Source of the DNA: the human T2T-CHM13v2.0 reference genome, Homo sapiens
Direction: 5' to 3' (one strand)
Assembly: GCF_009914755.1 (NCBI RefSeq)
Contig: NC_060932.1
Length of the DNA: 64,000 nucleotides
Each line of letters begins with the position of its first letter. Positions within the stretch are counted from its first letter, which is position 1. The notes below the pieces were generated by a model that searched no databases, was not told where the DNA came from, and worked only from the letters and a program-made list of their open reading frames with translations. Of this stretch, positions 15,650-27,724 are shown in pieces. Both the position numbers and the translations under genes were made by a program.

Positions 15650-15770
15650 CAAGAAGGATCTTTATCCCCATTTAACAGATGAGAAAATGAAGACTCAGGT
15701 TAAGTAGCTATCAAAAGTCAAATAACTAGTAGGAATGGAGCTAGAGCACAAACCAGGGAGTCTAGCTCCA
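15650..15770 (-). mobile_element. MIR
   Basis: CCCCATTTAACAGATGAGAAAATGAAGACTCAG. Confidence 0.7.
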
Positions 15771-16559
15771 GAAGCCATGAGAACCAGTTCCTTGGGAAGA
15801 GGTAAATGGTCAATTCCCAAGGACCTATGAAGTCCAGCAGAAAGGAGCTAACAGAAGTACCCCCTTCCCCAATTTGGGGGCCAGTACCTTTTGTTGTGGC
15901 TATTTGGCCTGGACCCCACAGCCAGCCCCTCAGAAATAGTGCAACAAGGAGCTTAATTCTAAACCCACCAGTTTCTGAAACCAGGACTGTCAAACAGTGG
16001 CCTCTCTAGATCCAGAAAGAACTAGAATCATCTACATCTCACTGGATACTCCAGAGGAACAGCTGGGGTGGGTGAGAGCAGCTGAGAAAATCTGACAGCA
16101 GCTCCAGGCAGTCTTGACACAAAGGACATTTCTAAACTGGAGGTAATGTGAATCTAGCATTGGTCAGCTGTCCCAGAAATCAAATTTGGGACAAAAACAT
16201 CTAGCCTGTATTAACCTTTTACATTTCCAAATTGCAGCCTTAATCTCTTTCCATCAGCTTACTTATAATTGCATCAGAGACCCCACAAACCTACCATTAT
16301 TCCTCTCGGAGGCCCTAAGGCAAATCATTTGTGTGCTCTCTGATTGAGTGCCCTGTTAGTTAAGTGGGGAAAAGGGAAAAAAAAAAAAACCTTCCTCACC
16401 ACAGTGCTGTGAGAATTCACAAGATTTCTGCACACTGCACTTGGAAGATACATCATCCCCGTCAGAGAAGACCTGTCCCTTGAGTGTCAGGATGCAAAGG
16501 GTGTATGCAGGAGAGGGAGAAACCAAAGTTTGGCATTGAATTGTGCTTATGTATGTTCC

Positions 16560-16670
16560 TCATTATTTGTTCAAAAATAATTTTTGAGCACTTACTGTTT
16601 GACAAGCATTGTGCTGGAGACTGAGGATTCAATGGTGAACAAACCACAGCTCCTGCCCACAAGCAGCCGA
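16560..16670 (-). mobile_element. L2 3' fragment
   Basis: TTGAGCACTTACTGTTTGACAAGCATTGTGCTGG. Confidence 0.6.
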
Positions 16671-16682
16671 TGGTCTTTAGAG

Positions 16683-16853
16683 CAGTGGATCTCCATCTGG
16701 CTGCACATCTCAGTAACCTAGAACACTTCTAAAAAGACCCATTCCCAGTGCCTCCAACCCAGACTAATTAACAAAATCTGTGATGGAAGGGCACCAATGT
16801 TTATTTAGTTTCCCTAGATGGTTCTGGTATCTAGAGAGGGTTGATAACCACTG
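16683..16853. mobile_element. MER5-type hAT MITE
   Basis: Termini CAGTGG...CCACTG, about 170 bp, GGCTGCACAT and GGTTGATAACCACTG. Confidence 0.7.
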
Positions 16854-17204
16854 GTCAGGAAAAAAGGAATTCCCTCCTTCTCTCTAACCTTGGTACAGCC
16901 TTCATACTTTGTTAGAATATTTCACTATAATCTTATCAGACCCTTAGTACCTGCAGGAAGACCCTTGTCATTTTGTCTGTATGAGAGTCAGATGTCATTT
17001 GCAGCTTCTGAGGCATGAATTGGAACTCTTGAATTGGAAGACTGGGTGTAGAGGTAAAGTCATCAGATAGTGATGAAGCCTGGGTCACTCTTTGGCATTC
17101 ATGACTCCATGTCCTTTGAAAGAAGGTTTAACATCAGTCGGTGCTTTCCCTGTGTATAGCCAAGAACTGATACTTAATAAGTAATCAAGTAATTAATGAG
17201 AGTG

Positions 17205-18012
17205 GTAGTAGGTACCTTTGTTTGTATTTACCTGGATCTCTTCTTCCAAAGAGCCTTCTCTACCATTTGGTGAACCACTCCTCCATCCTCTCTCTAAATC
17301 CATGTTGTCTGGGTGGAGCTGCCTCAAACTCTTGGAAGCAAAAAGTGGCACCTGCCCAAGATCAGGCTAATATGTGAAACTGTATTCTCCTTGCCTAGGA
17401 CACAGGCCAGGACAATCAATGTCCATCATTGGCCTTTTGCTGGAACAATCAGCCGTCATTCTTGCCCATGGCTATTAAGCTAGCATATGGCAAATTAGAG
17501 GTGCTGGTGGTCTTCTTAGCCACCAGCTGGGGAGAGACTGGCTAAAAACAAGATCAACTCAGAATCCTGCTGATATGGTTTGAATACCTGGATCCAGTTG
17601 AGACTGAAGATCTACCCCTGACCTTTTTATTATGTGGGCTAATCATCCTCCATTTTTGTTTTGTTTTGTTTTGAGACGGAGTCTTGCTCTGTCGCCCAGG
17701 CTGGAGTGCAGTGATGCGATCTAGGCTCACTGCAAGCTCTGCCTCCCGGGTTCACACCATTCTCCTGCCTCAGCCTCCCGAGTACCTGGGACTACAGGCA
17801 CCCGCCACCACGCCCGGCTAATTTTTTTTTTTTTTAGTAGAGATGGGCTTTCACCGTGTTAGCCAGGATGGTCTCAATCTTCTGACCTCGTGATCCGCCT
17901 GCCTCAGCCTCCCAAGGTGCTGGGATTACAGGCGTGAGCCACCGTGCCCGGCCTCATCCTCCATTTTTGATTTCAGCCTATTTAAATCAGATTTTCTCTC
18001 TTGCAGTTAAAA
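17205..18012 (+). mobile_element. Old MaLR LTR (MLT1K-like) split by AluY
   Basis: TTTGAATACCTGGATCCAG..., resumes after the Alu with AGCCTATTTAAATCAGATTTTCTCTCTTGCAG. Confidence 0.5.
17659..17953 (-). mobile_element. AluY
   Basis: GCAAGCTCTGCCTCCCGGGTTCACACCATTCTCC; 16-bp TSD TCATCCTCCATTTTTG at 17643-17658 and 17954-17969. Confidence 0.95.
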
Positions 18013-18352
18013 GAATGTTCACTACCACACTGGATAAATAAATGAATTCTCTGCTCCCTTCTCTTCAAGTAAGAAAACTTTAGAAAACAAGCATAGCTTC
18101 TTCCCTTATCCCTCCAAGTTACCGAGAAAGACTAAAAAGGATCTCGCAATAACTGATAGTGCTGACATTTGTCTAATGCAATTTTCCCATGATGTGCTCC
18201 ACAGAACATTAAATTTGTCCATGTCCAAGTAAGTTTAGGGTTAACTTGTTAAAAGCTATCTTTAGTGCAAAATTTCTCAAGCTTTTTGATATTGATATCA
18301 GTGAGAACTGTTAATCTCTCATAAGAGGTGCAGTATACCACATTTTCCCAAC

Positions 18353-19504
18353 TTTTTTTTTCCTTTTAAAATCACAATTTTATTAATAGAATGGGGAATA
18401 CAAATCTTTTTTTTTATTATACTTTACGTTTTAGGGTACATGTGCACAACGTGCAGGTTTGTTACATATGTATACATGTGCCATGTTGGTGTGCTGCACC
18501 CATTAACTCGTCATTTACATTACGTATATCCCCTAATGCTATCCCTCCCCACTCCCCCCACCCCACAACAGGCCCCGGTGTGTGATGTTCCCCTTCCTGT
18601 GTCCAAGTGTTCTCATTGTTCAATTCCCACCTGTGAGTGAGAACATGTGGTGTTTGGTCTTCTGTCCTCGCGATAGTTTGCTGAGAATGATGTTTCCAGA
18701 TTCATCCATGTCCCTACAAAGGACATGAACTCATCATTTTTTATGGCTGCATAGTATTCCACGGTGTGTATGTGCCACATTTTCTTAATCCAGTCTATCA
18801 TTGTTGGACATTTGGGTTGGTTCCAAGTCTTTGCAATTGTGAATACTGCTGCAATAAACATATGTGTGCATGCGTCTTTATAGTAGCATGATTTATAATC
18901 CTTTGGGTATATACCCAGTAATGGGATGGCTGGGTCAAATGGTATTTCTAGTTCTAGATCCCTGAGGAATTGCCACACTGACTTCCACAATGGTTGAACT
19001 AATTTACAATCCCACCAACAGTGTAGAAGTGTTCCTATTTCTCCACATCCTCTCCAGCACCTGTTGTTTCCTGACTTTTTAATGATCACCATTCTAACTG
19101 GTCTGAGATGGTATCTCATTGTGGTTTTGATTTGCATTTCTCTGATGGCCAGTAATGATGAGCATTTTTTCATGTGTCTTTTGGCTGCATAAATGTCTTC
19201 TTTTGAGAAGTGTCTGTTCATATCCTTTGCCCACTTTTTAATGGGGTTGTTTGTTTTTTTCTTGTAAATTTGTTTGAGTTCATTGTAGATTCTGGATATT
19301 AGCCCTTTGTCAGATGAGTCAATTGCAAAAGTTTTCTCCCATTCTGTGGGTTGCCTGTTCACTCTGATGGTAGTTTCTTTTGCTGTGCAGAAGCTCTTTA
19401 GTTTAATTAGATCTGATTTGTCAATTTTGGCTTTTGTTGCCATTGCTTTTGGTGTTTTAGACAAGAAAACCTAGGCAATACCATTCAGCACATAGGCATG
19501 GGCA
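18353..19504 (-). mobile_element. L1PA (about PA4-PA6) 3' fragment with 5' inversion and probable 3' transduction
   Basis: ORF 18613-19464 is the L1 ORF2 C-terminus ([18 protein letters not shown]); L1PA 3'UTR; inverted 19463-19504; TSD CATTTTCC(C/T)AACTT. Confidence 0.95.
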
Positions 19505-19589
19505 TTTTCCTAACTTACTTAAGCACAGGGCTCTTTTTTGTCCTGCATCTCCTGGGATTAGAGTTTTGGAAGAAATGTCATTCTAGCTG

Positions 19590-19871
19590 CAACCCAAAGA
19601 ATGTTCTTTCCTTTGCTTGGAATACTCTTCCCACACCATCCACTACCAAACTGTCCAATTTCTACTCAACTATCATGTCTCAGCATGAATACTACTTTCT
19701 CCAAAAAGTCTTTAATGACACCACTACTTTAATGACATCACTACTGCCACCTTCCCCAATCTCAGATAAGGTTATTTATACCCATGATTTGCTCTCTTAC
19801 ACTGTATACTTCCGCTTTCATGGTATTTACCACACATAATTATAATTATCCATACATTTCCCACTAGAATA
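19590..19871 (+). mobile_element. L2 fragment
   Basis: TGTTCTTTCCTTTGCTTGGAATACTCTTCCC...CCCACTAGAAT. Confidence 0.55.
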
Positions 19872-20330
19872 TGTGGTGGCCAGTTCACAATATGTTCCCC
19901 AATGATTCCCACCTACTGGTATTCATGATCTTTTGGAGACACTTCCCATGTGAATGTATGGCCAGTGCTATGTGATCAATAAAATATGGCAAAAATGAAG
20001 ATATGTGACTCCCAAGGTTAGGTCATAAAAGGTATTGTGTCTTCCACCTGGGGTTCATAAATTGCCCACTCTAGGGAAACCAGACACCATGCCCTGAGGA
20101 TATTCATGTGTCCTTGTAGAGAGGAGCTAAGGACCCCAACAAACAGCTGGCACCAGCTTTCTAGCTCTGTGAATGAGCCAACTTGGAAGGTGTCCTCCAG
20201 CCCTGATTAAGTCTTCAGAAGAATGAAGCTTCAACCAACATCTGACCACAATCCAGTGAGAGGCCACAAACAAGATCAGCCCAGCTAATCCCTTTTAAAG
20301 TTCTTACCTACAGAAACCATGAGACTATAA
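19872..20330 (+). mobile_element. MaLR LTR (MLT1F/E-like)
   Basis: TGTGGTGGCCAG...AGGTTAGGTCATAAAAGG...CAGAAACCATGAGA. Confidence 0.75.
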
Positions 20331-20504
20331 ATTCCTTGAGAGCCAGTACTGTGAATTGCTTACTATTGTGGCATACTCCCCACCACACACATGAATGCAT
20401 GTGCATGTATATGCACACATACTACCAGGGTCATAATTATAGTACTTGAAACATGGAAGTCACTCAATGTTTACAAAGTAGATGAAAAATAAATTTATGA
20501 ATAA

Positions 20505-20670
20505 AGTAAATTATATATATATAAATTATATATATATAAATTATATATGTAAATATATAAATTATGTATTTATATACCTCTACATACACACCCAGAGGTA
20601 GATATATATTATATATGCACATAGACACATACGCCTCTATAAAATGTATATTAATTATAGACATATACAG
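20505..20670. repeat. AT-rich simple repeat (TAAATTATATATATA units and (TA)n)
   Basis: Directly visible. Confidence 0.85.
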
Positions 20671-21879
20671 GTATAGGGGGCTCGTTGGTAATTTGGGTTA
20701 TAAAATAAGAAAGGAGAAGCATTCCTTCTAAATCACAGGAAGATTCTCAAATTCAAATATCTCACTGTGACTATAGCCCTGAACTGAAAAATCCAGGAGA
20801 TCTGGCTTTAATATCACATCTGTGTGATTTTTATGAAGTGACATAACCCCCTGCCCCTGCCCCACCTCCAGTGCTAGAAAATGAGGGAGTTAGACTAGAG
20901 CATTTTCAAAGGCCATTTCAGCTCTACCTTTCCATGACTCCAAGGGAGTGAGCTTTCTGGAGGTCTTGTACCAACATGGCAGGGAGGGAATGGAATTCAG
21001 CTGGTCTAACACAGGGCCCTTCTGAGGCAGAGCTGAAGAAAAGAAGCCCACGTCACCTGCTGAAGTCCTGTCTTCTTTGCTGTTTCTCTTCCACTGTTTT
21101 TAGCTTTAGATTGGGCAGAACTAATGTGTCCCCAGATTGTAGGAAGTGGCAGAAGCACCCCATCCCAGGACTTTTTGGGTGGCGGTATGGGTCTTTGGTC
21201 ATGGAAATGGTGGTGCTGTTGTTATTCACAGCCCTTGGAGCACTAAGACCCAGGCTCAGTCCTCAAAGAACAACTCCTGCCAATGGTATCACATAGTCAA
21301 CTCTTAACAGATACAACAGCCACTTTCTAAGAATACAGTGTAGCTTTTAGGCAATCTGCCTAGAAATTCTTTTCCACTGAATTCCTGGAAGAGGCTGCTT
21401 GATTTTCTCCACACCCTAGACTCAGAGGAGCAAGTCAGAAAGCCGAGAATAGCCACACACGGCACCTGAGAAAATTGTGTCTGCAGGACCCAGGCTCACG
21501 TAGGGTGGAAAGAGCTGTTCTACAAGGAATTTGTGAGGGAGACATAAATTCTACAATTCTGGTTTGATATTACGTTGGTGGGGAAGGGGGTGGGATGGGG
21601 ATTAGAGCTTGGAATATAATACCTACTGAGTAGTTACCGTATGTCAGGTACATTACATTTGTATCTTATTTAATTCTTATGAGTTCTAAAAGGCACAAAA
21701 TTTTAATTCATTTTATGATTCACAGGACATCAGGTTGAGTACACAGAAAGGTCTTATCGCAGTCCAAGCCCTCCTTAAAGACTAGGCAATCTTGCTTCCT
21801 AAACAAAGTCAATGAGAATGTGAGTATGTGTGTGCATGTGGCATAGAGGAAAGGTTATAAAAATGAACACATTCTAGTG

Positions 21880-22101
21880 CAAGGTTTGGCAAACTATAGC
21901 CTGAGTGCCAAATTCATTCTGCTGGTTAATTTTGTAAATAAAGTTTCATTGGAACACTGCCATGCTCATTTGTTTATATGTAGTCTATGGCTGCTTTTAT
22001 GCTACCATACTAAAGTTGAGTAATGTGACAGAGACCACATGGTCTGCAAGCCTAAAATATTTACCATCTTGCCCTTTAGAGAAAAAGTTTGCTGACTCCT
22101 G
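21880..22101 (+). mobile_element. MER58A (hAT-Charlie)
   Basis: GTAAATAAAGTTTCATTGGAACAC...AAAAAGTTTGCTGACTCCTG; nTCTAnnn flanks. Confidence 0.88.
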
Positions 22102-22884
22102 CTCTATATGACCACGGTAATATAAGGCGTTACTTTATATTGGTAAATTACCTTCTATATATCTAGGATAACTACATATCCCAGACTAAGAATATATTAT
22201 TAACTTTTCTAATTAGCCATAACTAAATACTAAAAAGAGTTTGAAAATTAACCAAATAATATTCACAATCAAACATCCATTTGCAGGAAAAACTATAGCA
22301 ATATTGTTCCTGTATTCTGGAAGTCATTAATAAAGCTAAAACCATCAGTAAAATAAAAGCAGACATTGCATATAGAGCCATCCTGAGAAAGTTTGCTGTC
22401 CAAGGAGTTAGTCCCATACCATCCTCTGAAGGAGTCAGTGCTATATTGGTTCCAATGAGCTGTCACTTTAATCCATTCTATGGGGACGTTGAACCAGTCA
22501 CTCAGATAAGAACGATGATGAGGCTGAACAGGTAGCAACCTTTTCCCCTGTCCTTCTCAGTCCTCATTTCCACCCCCAGAGAATGAAGTCCTCCATTAGA
22601 ATTTTTGAGATGAAAGGGCAAAAGGATTGGGGATATCCCCAAGTAAGTTTTGGAGTAGTAAAAGACTCCACGAATCAATATAATTTAGCAGAAAGAAAAG
22701 CTCTCAGAGGCAAGTGACTTGCCCAAGGGATATGGCGGTGGTAGGGCAGGAGTTATCACCCACGTCGCCAAAACCCAGAGCAGATCTTGCTCCAATGTGA
22801 ATTCAAGTTGTGCTGTCCATGGGCAAACAAGAAACTTCCCCGTTGGCACTCTAATTCCTGACATAAAAGTACAATGTTGGCCTG

Positions 22885-23316
22885 GATTGGGGTTGCCCAA
22901 ACCTCAGCCATTTCTGGAGCATCTTTACAAGTTTACCAGGACTGTACCATACATACTATTATCAACTAACTCTATTTAATTGAGTCACTTTCATCTTAAA
23001 TTACTTTGCTGTACAAGAAAACTGTTGCATTGCAATAAATGGAATTTAAGTATGAATTATCCTAAATAGAAATTACTATGTAAACTTTACTATGCTATTA
23101 AATTCCAGACAGATAATGTTGCCCACCCAAAGCTTTGTTCCTGAGCCCTTTTCTATTGTCCTTGAGAAAGACTGAAACAAATGTTGGAGAGGTGTTAAAG
23201 AGTGATACCAAACTGAGAATCTCTCCAGGCAAATAGAAAGAGAATTCAAAAAAGAGCAACCTTCTCACAATTTCATACCATTAATAGTATTCTCCTCAGA
23301 CATTTGGAAACACTGA
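22885..23316. mobile_element. Probable old hAT-Charlie-type element
   Basis: TIR-like ends GGGGTTGCCCAAACC and TTTGGAAACACTG. Confidence 0.35.
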
Positions 23317-23459
23317 CATCTAATTTCATGAGAATTCCAAAGCCAGCCAAAGAGTTGGAGGAGGGGTGGAATTGGAAGAATTGAAAATAAGAAATATTTC
23401 TCTCTAAAATGAATTCAATTCCTTTAGTTTTCTTGTTGGCATCTCACGCACAGCAGACA

Positions 23460-23610
23460 CTTGAGTATCATTGCATAGTCAAGATAACCTTTAAGGTTGA
23501 AATTTTATTTCCATTGTAGAGATAGAGACACCAAAGCTCAAGTCCAGGAAGATTAAGTAATTTACTCAGGGTCACAGACTGTGGATAGAGTAGCTTCAGA
23601 CAGAGGTCTA
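23460..23610 (-). mobile_element. MIR
   Basis: GATTAAGTAATTTACTCAGGGTCACA. Confidence 0.55.
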
Positions 23611-24297
23611 TTTGATGCCACATGCCTCTTTTTTTCTCCCTACAGTTGAATTTTGTCTCCTTTGCAATCTCAATGGTCCTGCCAGTGATCCAACCCCTGC
23701 TTACTGGATAATGAGAATTGGTCCCTGTCCTCCTTGGCACATCCTTTCATGTGCCTGCCAGAGTCTGAGCACCTCACCTGGCTCATCCTCCTCTGCAGAC
23801 TCGCATGCTCTTCTTTCTCATCCTCTTTACATAAATCCCACCCTGGCAACCTTTTATCACTCTCTGCTCCTCTCCTTTTAACTGGTTCCAATCTCTCAGC
23901 CTCTACTCTTTAAGTGGGATTTCCAGGACTGAAGACAGCCTGCCACAAGATCCTGAAGATACAGCAGGGTTAAACTGAACCATTACTTGGTGCATTGTTA
24001 ACAAGTTTCTCACTGACTCCAGCAATGGACCAGTGCTAGTTAGGGGTTCAGGGTGATAGAAGGGGGCATATAGGCAACTTTTGAGAAATGAAGACAGTGT
24101 CACTCAATGAAGCAGTGGCGAGAAAAGTAGTCAGGTAAGATGGCAAGTGCAGAAGTGTGAAAATGGAACTCAAACCCATGCAACAAAAGTATTGAACACC
24201 AAGTTTGCATAAGGCAGATTCCAGGTACAAAGATGCATAGAGTGGAGACACAAAGGAGAATAAAATATCCTCTCCCTCAAGGGAGCTGCTGTCTAGC

Positions 24298-24620
24298 TCT
24301 TCCCTGCCCAACATGGGAGCCACTAGCCACACATGGTTACTGAGCATGGAAATGTGTCCAGGCCAAATTGAGATGTGATGTAAGTGTCAAATACATTCCA
24401 TATTTTGAAGACTTGGTCTTCAAATGACAAAAAAGCATGTGAACATCACAGTAATCATTTTTACGTTGATTACTAATTGAACTAATAATATGAACATATT
24501 GGGTTAAAAATGTTATTAAAATTAATTTCATCTGTGTCTTTATACTTTTTTTTAAATAAGGCTACTAGAAAATCTAAACTTGTATATGTGGCCTACGTGA
24601 CATTTCTGTTGGAGAACACT
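24298..24620 (-). mobile_element. MER33 (hAT-Charlie)
   Basis: GCCACTAGCCACACATGG...AAATTAATTTCATCTG...GGCTACTAGAAAAT. Confidence 0.85.
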
Positions 24621-25099
24621 AGTCCATGCAGCAAGATGGGTATGGACCCAACACAGGAAACATGTAAAACTGTAACACATGATGAATTAGACACAAGTGT
24701 CTATGATCAGGAGGTGGGGGGGATTCCAAGTGGGGGAAGCACAGCAATTACTTATTTACACAATTACATCGTTTTCACAATATCCATTGGCTACTGAGCT
24801 TTAAAAATCTTTTTTCTCATTAATTTCCTTGTGTGTTCCTAGATCTGAGAATAAACTCTTTGTGTGCAAGGACAACCTCATCTCCCTTTTTAAATTCCCT
24901 CAGTACCACCTCCCAGAAGTTACCTCAGTTCTAGGCACACAAGGAATGCCTGTAGAAACCAATGAATCTCACATGCATTTATCTAGACTCTATTTCCGAT
25001 GAGCCAATGTCCATATAGGCAAGTATTCAAAGTAGAGAAAAGCTATTGGCCAGAGCATGGAAAAGATAAATAGACACAGACATCATCAAATGGACATAC

Positions 25100-25275
25100 A
25101 GGAGCATTTATTGGCTGCTTACTATATACCAGGCTCTCAATTTCATTCTTTATATATAATACCTGACATAAACCTTAAATCATCCTGCAGAAAAGCTAAT
25201 CTTATCCTATTTTACAGATGGGGAAACTGAGGCTCCTAAAAGGTTATATAACTGCCTAAACATAGTTAATAAGAA
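25100..25275 (-). mobile_element. MIR
   Basis: ATTTTACAGATGGGGAAACTGAGGCTC. Confidence 0.75.
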
Positions 25276-25899
25276 GGCAATAATGAAAGGAGAGATCATG
25301 TCCACATACTTGAAAGCTCAGGGATATCTCTTTATGGAGCACATCTGCATGAGGATTTCAGCTTCTGCTTTGAATTACATTGTTAACTATTGTACAAGCA
25401 ATTTGTCTGAACATTTGGAGAAAGATGTTGTGTAAGTACTTGTATCCTCTCTGTAGGAGGAAAATTCAGCAGGATACAGGTGACATGACTTTGCTCTCTT
25501 TTGCATCCAGCTGCCGAAAAGTATCCCTCTTTTGGAACTCCAGATTGTGTCTTAGCCTGCAGGTTCACACTATTTGGACTCCCAAACTCATAACGTAAGA
25601 CTTGGAAACCAGCCAGTGAAAGAGGGAGGGAAGGAATATTTTTGCAATTGCTGCAAGAACTTTCCAAGAGCTATTCTTGGAGCTAGGAGTGTTGGCACCA
25701 GGCTCTCAAAAAGAGAACAGGGAAGGATTCTAATGTGGAAATATTCTAAACTGTGTGCTTGACAATATATACTAGATCCCACCACCTCCCCCCACCCCCG
25801 AATAAAAAAAGCCACTAGTGACAGAGGCTCTGGTAGAGTAACTGAATACTGGCTGGCTCATTGGTGGACTTGCTAGTGCAATAATCCCATTTAACCAAA

Positions 25900-26110
25900 G
25901 GTGGGGTAGTGATTGCCAGAATTCAGATCCCAGCTTTGCGGGATACTAGCCACATGACTTTGAATAAATGAGGCTCTCTGTACCTCAGCTTCCTCATCAA
26001 CACAATAAGCACAATAATAATATCTGCCTTAGAGAGTTGTTACAAAGTTTAATTCAAGTTCATATATATAATGTGTTTTCAACAATGTAAGGAGTAGCTG
26101 TTATTATTAT
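25900..26110 (+). mobile_element. MIR
   Basis: CTCTGTACCTCAGCTTCCTCATC...TAGCTGTTATTAT. Confidence 0.7.
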
Positions 26111-27221
26111 CATTTTTAATGGGCTATCACAACAGGTAGCTCAGTTCTAGTATCTTCAACAAAGATAGGGTAAAACAAGAGTAATGCTACTTAAAAAGAC
26201 ACTGTCTCCCCAACAATGCATGGAAATAGTGAGATTTTCTTGTGTCTACATTTAGTGGGGAAAGAAGTAGAACAAGTTGGTAGAATATGAGAAAGGCAAA
26301 CTAAGGCATAAAGAGATTAGAAAAAACAAAAGGAGTTATTAAGAATGTAAACTTTGTATAAGATGAGCCCCCATATTTTCTAGGAAGGTTAAATCACAAC
26401 CTTCCCCCATCTCTATAACCCTTTTCATTATTTTCTTCCCTTTACACCATACTTTGAAATGATATGTCAGTAAGTTCTTACTAAGTAATAATTTAAAAGC
26501 TTTAATTTTGTGTGTTATTTGGAGATGGAAGTAACTGCCCAAAAGAGGTCCTGAAATGATTTAAAATGCCAAGTTATTTTGAGCTGATAAAATTCTACTC
26601 TGCAGGATGGTGTGGCAGTATAAATTGTACAAAATGCTCAGTGTGTCCTTTAAGAATTCTGATGTCAATTAAATCCATCACAAATATCAGACTGGAATGG
26701 AGTGTCAGGAACCAGTATATCCGGAGCTATTTCTTGTTTCCTGATTTGTCAGAAAGAGCTCAGACACAAAGCTCAGAGTAATTGCAAAGCTGGACAACAA
26801 TTTTCAGATCGATGACATTTTGACCCTAACTTGCAACTACTTAACATGCAATCTCAGCATTTAACAAGCTATTTTCTTATAAAGTAATTTTAAATTACAT
26901 CTTAATTGCTTTTTTGCACTTGAAATAAAGATAAACAGAAAAATAAACAAAAAGAAATCATGTTGTCATGATACTTACCTCCAAATATGTTTGTTCATGC
27001 CTCATCTATGTGATTAATGTTCAATGGTCAATTAAGAATTTCTTAAATGAAACACCACCACCACCATCCATCACAGTCTAGTCATAAAATGTTCAGTTTC
27101 ACCATTTGTAAAATGAAGCTAAAAGTGCTTACTCTTGGTATGAGGTTTGAGGATTAGGCCTACACCTTCCATTTGAGTTCATTCTTCCCCTCACTGGGAA
27201 CCACCAATAAACAGAAGAAGC

Positions 27222-27470
27222 AATTGTGGTTGAGAGCATAGGCTTTGCAGCCAAACTTTGAGGTCTGGATCCCAGCTCCAACATCTTATATCTCTGTGAC
27301 CCTGAGGAAATGACGTCTTTGAGCCTCAGTTTCCTCATCTAGAAAGCAATACTCATGAGCGTATCCACCCGAAAGGGTTGTTGTGTGGACTTCCACAGAT
27401 GATGTAGGCTGAGAGATTGGTACAGTGTCCAGCAAATAGTGAACAATTGATCCATGTCAGCTACCCTATC
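27222..27470 (+). mobile_element. MIR, near full length
   Basis: GTGGTTGAGAGCATAGGCTTTG...GAGCCTCAGTTTCCTCATCT. Confidence 0.8.
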
Positions 27471-27667
27471 ATCTTCATTCAATAAATGAAGCTCTGAAAG
27501 GACCAACATATATCTAATGGATGTCAGTAGATACATGTTGAATGAAAGCATCTGAGGCATTGTATCCTTGGGCCCAGGGCAGATAGCCAAGGAGGAAGGA
27601 GAAACCCTTGACAAAATTTTTCTCCCTTTGAAAGCCAAGGGTCACCAGGCTATATAGTTAAAGTATT

Positions 27668-27724
27668 AAAAAGCCAACATTCTAAAAAAAATTAAAAATA
27701 AAAATAAAAAAAGCCAACATTCTA
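27668..27724 (+). mobile_element. Orphan poly(A) insertion flanked by a 17-bp TSD
   Basis: AAAAAGCCAACATTCTA twice around a 23-nt A-rich insert; TT/AAAA site. Confidence 0.75.

Noticed and set aside
18613-19464. 283-aa ORF
   Set aside because: It is the C-terminus of L1 ORF2p in a 5'-truncated element with no promoter, and its start codon lies on the inversion junction; not a host gene.
26971-26980. ATACTTACCT as the start of a U1 snRNA pseudogene
   Set aside because: Similarity stops after 10 nt; no U1 body follows.
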